A stretch of 64,000 bases of DNA from a bacterium (GTDB lineage Bacteria; UBA8248; JACPRG01; G963555815), in contig CAUVWX020000001.1 of the NCBI GenBank assembly GCA_963555815.3, positions 224,001-288,000 of the forward strand. Direction: 5' to 3'. Shown piece after piece: positions 55,911 through 64,000 of the stretch (position 1 is its first letter; each line of letters begins with the position of its first letter). The notes below the pieces were generated by a model. It was not told the origin of the DNA. It saw only the letters and a list, made by a program, of their open reading frames with translations, and did no database searches. Both the position numbers and the translations under genes were made by a program.

Positions 55911-58900
55911 TTGACGAATCCATTCTTCGAACAGCCTGTCCTCAACTCGCCTTACGAGTGCCCGAGTCGGCACTGGGAACTGGATGAGGCCGGGCAGCCG
56001 ACCCAGAAGATCATCGAATCCCGAAGGCAGGCCGAATTCATCATGGCGGTCCCGAAGGCGAAGAAACGAAAGGGATCCTCCGCGGATCAGGCCCCTCTCG
56101 TGTTCGACGAAGGGAAGGGCCTTTCGACCCAGAAGCAGCAGTACGAGCACACGGCGATCATCAACGGGGTTCGCCAGCAGGTCGACCGGTGGCGAAGCAT
56201 ACCAGACCCGAGCCAGTGGCAGGTGACCCCGGAGACGGCCCGCCTGCTCCAGCACTGGCGGCACCACCGGTTCAGCGGCATTCGGCCCTTCTTCTGCCAA
56301 GTCGAGGCGGTAGAGACCGCCATCTGGCTCATCGAGGTGGCGCCGCGCACGGGCCGGGTCGGCAAGGATTTCCTCGACCATCTGGCGAACGCCAACAACG
56401 ACGCCAACCCGGACCTCCCCCGGCTGGCGCTCAAGTTGGCGACCGGCGCCGGAAAGACCACCGTCATGGCGATGCTGATCGCCTGGCAGACCGTCAACGC
56501 GGTCCGCCGGCCTCAGGGCAGCAGATTCACGCGCGGCTTCCTGGTGGTCACGCCCGGCATCACCATCAAGGACCGCCTGCGCGTGCTGCAGCCGAACGAT
56601 CCGGACAGCTACTACCGAAGCCGCGAGCTGGTCCCGAGCGACATGCTCCCCGATCTGGAAAAGGCGAAGATCGTCATCACCAACTACCACGCCTTCAAGC
56701 TGCGCGAGCGCCTGGAGCTCTCCAAGGGCGGCCGTTCCTTGCTCCAGGGACGAGGCGAGGCGCTCACGACCCTGGAGACCGAGGGACAAATGCTACAACG
56801 GGTCATGCCCGAGCTCATGGGCGTGAAGAACGTCCTGGTCCTCAACGATGAGGCGCACCACTGCTACCGGGAGAAGCCGGGCGAGGAGGAGGAAAGCGAA
56901 CTCAAAGGCGACGACAGGAAGGAAGCCGAAAAGAACAGAGAAGCCGCCCGGCTGTGGATTTCGGGGATCGAAACCGTTGTCAGAAAGCTTGGGGTCAGCC
57001 GGGTGATGGATCTCTCCGCGACGCCTTTCTTTCTGCGCGGGTCTGACTACGCCGAAGGCACGTTGTTCCACTGGACGATGTGCGACTTCTCGCTCATGGA
57101 CGCCATCGAATGCGGCATCGTCAAGCTGCCCCGCGTGCCGGTGGCCGACAACATCCCCGGCGGCGATATGCCCAAGTTCCGAAATCTCTGGGAGCACATC
57201 CGCGCCGACATGCCGAAGAAGGGGCGGGGCAAGGCAGATCACCTCGATCCCCTCAGCCTGCCCGTGGAGCTCCAGACCGCCCTGGAGGCCCTCTACGGCC
57301 ACTACGCCAAGACCTTCAATCTCATGAAGGAGGCGGGCATTAACGTGCCGCCGTGCTTCATCGTGGTCTGCAACAACACGTCGACCTCCAAGCTGGTCTA
57401 CGACTTTATCTCCGGCTTCCACCGCGAGAACGACGATGGCTCGACGACGCTCGAAAACGGGCGCTTCGAACTGTTCCGCAACTTCGACGAGCATGGCAAC
57501 CCGTACCCGCGGCCCCGCACGCTGTTGATCGACAGCGAGCAACTGGAGTCCGGCAACGCGCTGGACAAGGACTTCCGCAACATGGCCGCGGACGAGATCA
57601 AACGCTTTCGGCGAGAGATCGTCGAACGCACCGGCGACCCCCGCCAGGCCGAGAACATCAGCGACCCGGCTCTGCTCCGCGAGGTCATGAACACCGTAGG
57701 CAAGCCGGGTCGGCTGGGGGATTCGATTCGCTGCGTGGTGTCGGTGTCGATGCTCACCGAAGGGTGGGATGCGAACACCGTCAGCCACGTGCTGGGCGTT
57801 CGCGCCTTCGGCACACAGTTGCTCTGCGAGCAGGTCATCGGCCGCGCGCTGCGCCGGCAATCCTACGATCTCAATAAAGACGGCTTGTTCGACGTTGAGT
57901 ACGCGGACGTATTGGGAATACCGTTCGACTTTACGGCGAAGCCCGTCGTGGTCACCCCGAAGCCGCCGCGAGAGACCGTTCAGGTGAGGGCCGTGCGGCC
58001 CGAAAGAGACGCGCTCGAGATCCGTTTCCCGCGGGTAGCCGGGTATCGAGTGGAATTGCCCGAAGAGCGGCTCAGGGCCGAGTTCAACGATGACTCGGTG
58101 CTGGAACTCACGCCGGATCTGGTCGGTCCGTCGATTACGACGAACCAGGGGATCATCGGCGAGGGCGTGGACCTCAATCTGGTTCATACCGGAGACCTCC
58201 GGCCCTCGACCCTTCTGTTTCATCTCACCCAGCGGCTGCTCTACACGAAGTGGCGCGACCCGGGCGAAGATCCCAGGCTCCATCTCTTCGGTCAACTCAA
58301 GCGCGTCACAAAGCAGTGGCTCGATCGCTGCCTTGTCTGCAAGGGCGGCACCTACCCCGCCCAGCTCATGTACCAGGAACTGGCCGACATGGCCTGCGAG
58401 CGCATCACGGCCGCCATCACGCGGGCGGAAATCGGCAGCCGCCCCGTCAAGGCCGTGCTCGATCCCTACAATCCCGTCGGCTCCACGGCCCACGTCAACT
58501 TCAACACCTCCAAGACGAGCCGCTACGAAACGGACGCCCGCCGTTGCCACATCAACTGGGTCATCCTCGACAGCGACTAGGAAGCGGAGTTTTGCCGCGT
58601 GGCCGAGTCCCATCCTCGCGTCAAGGCGTACGTCAAGAACCGCAATCTCGGCTTCGAGGTGCCCTACCGCTACGGGTCCGAAACGCGGACCTACATCCCG
58701 GACTTCATCGTTCTCGTCGACGACGGCCACGGCGACGACGACCTCCTGCACCTCGTCGTCGAGATCAAGGGCTATCGAAGAGAGGACGCCAAAGAGAAGA
58801 AGGCCGCCATGGACACCTACTGGGTGCCCGGCGTGAACAATCACGGCCTTTACGGCCGCTGGGCCTTTGCCGAGTTCACGGATGTCTACGAGATCCAGTC

Positions 58901-58973
58901 GGACTTCGAGGCCAAAGTGGAAAACGAGTTCAACGAGATGATCGGCTCCGTGACGGCCAAGTCGACCGTCTAG
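55911..58973 (+). pseudogene. Type III-like restriction helicase-nuclease (Res) with one in-frame TAG at 58578-58580
   Basis: LATGAGKT, NDEAHH, LSATP, MLTEGWD, EQVIGR.LRR; LDSD*EAEF continues in frame to YIPDFIV..VEIKG. Confidence 0.88.
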
Positions 58974-58985
58974 AAGGGAGCAGGC

Positions 58986-61775
58986 ATGGCCACCAAGGGA
59001 ACAAGGAAGCAAAGCGGGAAGACCGTCGAAACCCTCAAGCACACGGACGACAAGCGCGCCAACATCCCCACGGCCGAGTATCAGGCCGTGCTGGCGGAGG
59101 ACGACCGGGATCCCATCCAGGTCGCCTACGAGCGCCGCAACCGAGACCTCGACCCCCAGCTCGTCTGGCGCGGCAAGGACGATCAGGACCGGTCCGATCT
59201 GGCGGTGCAGGCGCCGCCCCTCTTCATCCAGGAGAAGGTCCACCCCAAGGTTCTGATCGACGACCTGCTGCGCCGGAGCAAGGAGACGGAGGCGGAGAAA
59301 GAAGGCGACAAATCGGGCTTGCAGGCCGACCTGTTCGCTGATTTCAACGGCCTGCCGAGCGAAGAGGCTCGGACCGAGTTCTACCAGCACGACGCCAACT
59401 GGTCGAACCGGATGATCCTCGGCGACAGCTTGCAGGTGATGGCGAGTCTCGCCGAACGGGAGGGGCTGCGCGGCAAGGTGCAGTGCATCTACATCGATCC
59501 GCCCTACGGCATCAAGTTCAACTCCAACTTCCAGTGGTCAACCACCAGCCGGGACGTGAAGGACGGCAACGCCGCCGACATCACCCGCGAGCCCGAACAG
59601 GTGAAGGCGTTCCGGGATACGTGGCGGGACGGGATACATTCTTATCTCACGTACCTGCGGGACCGGCTGACGGTGGCGCGGGATCTGCTGACTGAGAGCG
59701 GCTCGATCTTCGTCCAGATCGGGGATGAGAACGTCCATCGGGTGCGGGCGGTGATGGACGAGGTATTTGGGGAGGAGAATTTTGTCAGCCTTATTACCCT
59801 TCAGAAGACTGGCGGACTTGTTTCTCAAGGTTTAACGCAAACTTTAGATTTTATTTGTTGGTATGCGAAGAATCTTGCCGATACAAAAATTCGGCAAACG
59901 TATCTGCCTAGGGAAATCGGAGATACATCTTTAGAGCGTTATGATCAAGTGCATCTACAAAGTGGAAAATTTAGGAGAATTACTTCTGAGGAGCGAGCTT
60001 CTGGAGTATTGCCAGAAGGGGCTCGACGTTGTAGGCAAGTAGCGCTTGAATCGGCTAACCCAACTTTCGAATTCGAATTCGAAGGAAAACCTTATGTACA
60101 GCGGTGGAAGACTAATCCTGCAGGTCTCCAAAAAATGGGGCGAGCAGGGCGAATTATATCAACGGGAAAGCGACTGAACTCTCTAAGATATGTTGACGAT
60201 TTTCCCGTAATTCCACTGACGGATCGTTGGGAGTCTATGCAGATTGGAACTGGTTTGACTTATGTTGTGCAAACGGCTCCTGCAGCAATTCAACGTTGCA
60301 TCCTGATGACGGCCGACCCCGGCGATTTGGTGCTGGACCCCACCTGCGGCTCCGGCACGACGGCCTATGTGGCCGAGCAGTGGGGCCGCCGCTGGATCAC
60401 CATCGACACCTCGCGCGTGGCCCTGGCCCTCGCGCGTGCCCGCGTCATGGGCGCGCGCTACCCGTATTACTTTCTCGCCGACAGCCCGGAGGGGCGGCAA
60501 AAGGAAGCCGAGATCACGCGCAAGGTGCCCTCGGAAGCGCCCACCTACAACAACATCCGACAGGGTTTCGTGTACGAGCGCGTGCCCCACATCACCCTCA
60601 GGTCCATCGCCAACAACGCCGAGATCGACGTGATCTGGGAGAAGTTCCAGGAGAGGCTGGAGCCGTTGCGTGAACAACTGAACAGCGCGCTCGGCACCTC
60701 CTGGGAAGAGTGGGAAATCCCCCGCGACGCCGAAGAGGCTTGGCCCGAGGAGGTCAGGAAGCTACACGCCGATTGGTGGGAACAGCGCATCGCCCGGCAG
60801 AAGGAGATCGACGCCTCCATCGCCGCCAAGGCGGATTATGAATACCTCTACGACAAGCCCTACGAAGACAACAGGAAGGTCCGCGTCGCCGGACCCTTCA
60901 CGGTGGATAGCATTTCACCCCACCGCGTGCTGGGCGTTGACGAGAACGACGAGCTCATCGACGGCGTGGCGGAAGCCAAGCTCGGCTACGGCGAAAAGCA
61001 GGACTTCGCCGGCATGATCCTCGAGCACCTCAAGACCTCCGGCGTCCAGCAAGCCCACAAGGAAGACCGGGTCGCGTTCTCCTCGCTCACGCCTTGGCCG
61101 GGCGATCTCGTCTGCGCGGAAGGGCGCTACGCCGAGGGCGACGGTGATTCTGGCGCCGAGAAGCGCGCCGCCATCTTCATCGGCCCCGAGTTCGGCACGG
61201 TCGCGCGTCCAGATCTGGTCGCAGCCGCCCGAGAGGCCGCGGACGCGGACTTCGACATCCTGATCGCCTGCGCGTTCAACTACGAAGCCCACGCCTCGGA
61301 GTTTGACAAGCTGGGGCGGATCCCGGTCCTCAAGGCGCGCATGAACGCCGACCTCCACATGGCCGGCGACCTGAAGAACACCGGCAAGGGCAACCTCTTC
61401 GTCATCTTCGGCGAGCCGGACATCGGCATCCTCGACGCGGAGGATGGTCGAATCGCAGTCCAGGTCAAGGGCGTGGACGTATTCCATCCCAACACCGGCG
61501 AGATCCGAAGCGACAACGCCGACGGCATCGCCTGCTGGTTCATCGACACCGACTACAACGAGGAGAGCTTCTTCGTCCGCCACGCCTACTTCCTCGGCGC
61601 GAACGACCCGTACAAGGCCCTCAAGACCACCTTGAAGGCTGAAATCAACCCGGAAGCCTGGGAGACCCTCCACAGCGACACCTCCCGCCCCTTCGACAAG
61701 CCGCAATCAGGCCGAATCGCCGTGAAGGTGATCAACCACCTGGGGGATGAGGTCATGAAGGTGTTTCGGGTGTGA
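58986..61775 (+). CDS. Type III-like amino-DNA methyltransferase (Mod)
   Basis: YIDPPYG catalytic motif followed by VLDPTCGSGTT SAM-binding motif (beta order); appears intact. Confidence 0.92.
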   Translation: MATKGTRKQSGKTVETLKHTDDKRANIPTAEYQAVLAEDDRDPIQVAYERRNRDLDPQLVWRGKDDQDRSDLAVQAPPLFIQEKVHPKVLIDDLLRRSKETEAEKEGDKSGLQADLFADFNGLPSEEARTEFYQHDANWSNRMILGDSLQVMASLAEREGLRGKVQCIYIDPPYGIKFNSNFQWSTTSRDVKDGNAADITREPEQVKAFRDTWRDGIHSYLTYLRDRLTVARDLLTESGSIFVQIGDENVHRVRAVMDEVFGEENFVSLITLQKTGGLVSQGLTQTLDFICWYAKNLADTKIRQTYLPREIGDTSLERYDQVHLQSGKFRRITSEERASGVLPEGARRCRQVALESANPTFEFEFEGKPYVQRWKTNPAGLQKMGRAGRIISTGKRLNSLRYVDDFPVIPLTDRWESMQIGTGLTYVVQTAPAAIQRCILMTADPGDLVLDPTCGSGTTAYVAEQWGRRWITIDTSRVALALARARVMGARYPYYFLADSPEGRQKEAEITRKVPSEAPTYNNIRQGFVYERVPHITLRSIANNAEIDVIWEKFQERLEPLREQLNSALGTSWEEWEIPRDAEEAWPEEVRKLHADWWEQRIARQKEIDASIAAKADYEYLYDKPYEDNRKVRVAGPFTVDSISPHRVLGVDENDELIDGVAEAKLGYGEKQDFAGMILEHLKTSGVQQAHKEDRVAFSSLTPWPGDLVCAEGRYAEGDGDSGAEKRAAIFIGPEFGTVARPDLVAAAREAADADFDILIACAFNYEAHASEFDKLGRIPVLKARMNADLHMAGDLKNTGKGNLFVIFGEPDIGILDAEDGRIAVQVKGVDVFHPNTGEIRSDNADGIACWFIDTDYNEESFFVRHAYFLGANDPYKALKTTLKAEINPEAWETLHSDTSRPFDKPQSGRIAVKVINHLGDEVMKVFRV

Positions 61776-62632
61776 GGGAAGCCAGCGTGACTGACTCACA
61801 AAAATCAGCCACGGGAGAGACGAGAAACACCAGGGCAACCTTATTTTTCGAACGAATTGGATTGCTTGGCGGCACCATTGCCTCGTTAAGCATGATCGTT
61901 TCGGTTGTCTATGATTGGGGATTCTTTACGGCATTAGGTATTTCATTCGCAGACGCTCCAACCACGCTCTCTGATCACATCCAGAGTTGGTTGGTGTGGC
62001 TACCGATAGTAGCGCCTTCGGCTGCGGTTGTGTTGGGGATAGAGCTACTAACCCGCCGCATCGAACACGGCATGACCGAGGATGAAATTATTGCATCCTC
62101 GTATAGTCCTGTTCGGATGAGGAGATTTAGAAATAGTCCTTACTATTTCGTGGGAGCTATGGGACCCATTGTTCTTATCTTATGGGTCCTTTTCGGCGAG
62201 ATTTTTATCAACGGGCTTTATTTCGGTCTTCTGATATGTTGGTTTATTTTTACTGGATGGGTTTTCAACCATCCAACCGTAAGAGATCGTCATTCCTATT
62301 TGTTTCGATGGTCTGTCCATTGGTTGCCGCCAGTAATGATATTGGCTTTTTACTTTGGATCAATGTCAGCCGGGCGCGATTTTTCCCTTGGAGAATACAA
62401 GATAAACGTAAGAAGTATTTCGAGCACCAAAAACGTGGAAATCTTACGTAGCTTTGAGAGGTGGGTGCTGGTCCGTGAGAAACACAACGCGATTGCGTGG
62501 ATTCCATTAGAAGACATTGGCCGTATCGAGCTAGTTCAAACACCACGTCCGTTTCGAGGGTTAGCGTGCATCTTCTCGAAGCATTGGTGTCTGCAACAGC
62601 CTACTGGAGAACTATCCGATGGCAAGGGCTGA
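61772..62632 (+). CDS. AT-rich multi-pass membrane hypothetical protein
   Basis: About five hydrophobic segments and a soluble C-tail; start may be GTG 61787. Confidence 0.7.
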   Translation: MREASVTDSQKSATGETRNTRATLFFERIGLLGGTIASLSMIVSVVYDWGFFTALGISFADAPTTLSDHIQSWLVWLPIVAPSAAVVLGIELLTRRIEHGMTEDEIIASSYSPVRMRRFRNSPYYFVGAMGPIVLILWVLFGEIFINGLYFGLLICWFIFTGWVFNHPTVRDRHSYLFRWSVHWLPPVMILAFYFGSMSAGRDFSLGEYKINVRSISSTKNVEILRSFERWVLVREKHNAIAWIPLEDIGRIELVQTPRPFRGLACIFSKHWCLQQPTGELSDGKG

Positions 62633-62685
62633 GTAACTCGACTGCAAAGCAAGTTTGGCTAGGATTTTCCGTGAGACCTGATGTC

Positions 62686-64000
62686 ATGCACTTACGCATT
62701 GCCGACACCTTCATCGACAGCCTCGCCAAGCTCACCGGTGACGAACAGAAAGCCGTGAAGACCACGGCCTTCTACCCGCAAACCAACCCCTCCCAACCGG
62801 GGCTCAGCTTCCACAAGCTTGGTAAGGCAAGAGACCCGAATTTCTGGTCGGTCCGCGTCAGCCGCGACGTCCGGATGATCGTGCATCGGACCCAGAGCAG
62901 CCTGCTGCTGTGCTGCGTGGATCATCACGACAACGCCTATCAATGGGTGGAACGGCGCAAGCTGGAGACCCATCCGAAAACCGGCGCGGCCCAACTGGTT
63001 GAAGTGCGGGAGACGGTTCAAGAAATCACCGTACCCGTGTATGTGGAAGCGGAGCAGGAGGTGCCGCTGGGCTGCGGCGTGCCGGCCGAGTGGTTGAACG
63101 ATGCACGCAACGCCAATGAAGACAGCCTGCTGGAGCTGGCCGAGCATCTGCCGGGCGAGGCGGCGGAGGCGCTGCTCGAGTTGGCCGTCGGCGGAGCGCC
63201 GCAGGCCGCGCAACCGGTTGCCGTTTTCGAGCATCCTGTTATGTACAGGATGTCCAGGAAGAAAATCAGTAAGGCCGAAGTGCAGCCAGTTGTGGCCCGT
63301 GATCCCTTCGAGCATCCCGACGCACAGCGCCGTTTCCGCGTCATGCACGACGTAGCGGAGCTGGAGCGCGCTCTCGATTATCCTTGGGAGAAGTAGGCGG
63401 TATTCCTTCATCTGGCGCAGCGGCAGGTCGTAGAGAAGGACTTCGGCGGCCCGTCTCGCGTGTCCGGCGCGGCCGGCACGGGCAAGACCGTTGTGGCCAT
63501 CCACCGCCCCGTGTTTCTCGCACGCGCCAACCCGGACGCCAGGGTACTGCTCACCACGTTCTCCGACACCCTGGCCGATGCTCTACGGACGAAGCTCAGA
63601 CGGTTGATCCACAACGAGCCTCGTCTTGCGGAACGCATGGAAGTCGACGCCGTCGATACGGTCGGCGAGCGGCTTTATCAGGCGCGGTTCGGCTCCCCGA
63701 AGATCGCGACTCGGGAGGTGGTTCGGGAGTTTCTGGCGAAAGCCGCCGGCCAAGCGGAGACGAATAACTTCAGCCTCCGATTCCTCCTGAGCGAGTGGGA
63801 GAACGTCGTTAACGCATGGCAGTTGGATAGCTGGGACGCCTATCGCGATATAAGACGGCTTGGACGCAAGACGCGCCTGCCCGTGGAGCAGCGTTACTTC
63901 GGGACCGGGGTCTGGTGACCCGGGCCGGCATGTTCGGCTTGCTCGCCTGGAAGCTCAAGGATCGCCGGAATCCGCCGTTCGACTTCGCCATCGTGGACGA
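62686..64000 (+). pseudogene. UvrD-like helicase with RelE/ParE-like N-terminus; interrupted, runs off the window
   Basis: FWSVRVSRDVRMIVH, YPWEK*AVFLH (TAG 63394), GAAGTGKT, frameshift near 63897, then PFDFAIVDE in another frame. Confidence 0.85.

Larger units (their letters stand above)
53935..64000. mobile_element. Decaying genomic/defence island (continues beyond the window)
   Basis: Phage-type gene remnants, IS3 fragment, res/mod, helicase, changed codon style; no integrase in the window, so boundaries are approximate. Confidence 0.7.

Noticed and set aside
56793..59390. 865-aa antisense ORF over res/mod
   Set aside because: Shadow frame of GC-rich genes; no motifs.
48651..63396. Genome-wide TAG recoding or pyrrolysine
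   Set aside because: TAG terminates ordinary genes here (e.g. hpnH, aspA), no pyl genes are seen, and two affected genes also carry frameshifts.

Overview
GC-rich bacterial chromosome segment; the lineage cannot be fixed from sequence alone (futalosine-type ubiA/ubiD, hpnH and signal-peptide/outer-membrane proteins suggest a diderm). About 1-53 kb is mostly housekeeping and envelope genes: a minus-strand run degP > diadenylate cyclase > groEL (no adjacent groES) > GldA/F/G-like ABC > DUF4340; a long amino-sugar cluster (pseudo-receiver/Fis, three GlmU-related genes, glmS, AT-richer uppP, enlarged phosphohexomutase, gatC, ubiD, ubiA); hpnH; two paralogous secreted TPR proteins; a glycosylation locus; a class III aminotransferase plus ALDH; a PhnDCEE-type ABC transporter; bioD, aspA, an M20 peptidase and dinB. 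From about 53.9 kb a decaying island carries phage/satellite remnants, an IS3 fragment, a Type III-like res/mod pair, an AT-rich membrane gene and a broken RelE-like/UvrD helicase. The best hidden feature, split by the ORF track, is a probable deiodinase-like selenoprotein (27076-27813): an in-frame UGA sits in GSIT-U-PP and a SECIS-like hairpin begins 11 nt downstream. Other highlights: a multi-hairpin leader with alternative pairings before degP, a vestigial frameshifted GlmU beta-helix, a C8-tract frameshift, five in-frame TAG codons within 15 kb (one removes only the Res nuclease domain) and a swapped methyltransferase specificity domain. No tRNA, rRNA or CRISPR array was seen. Family assignments are from motif recognition, not database searches.
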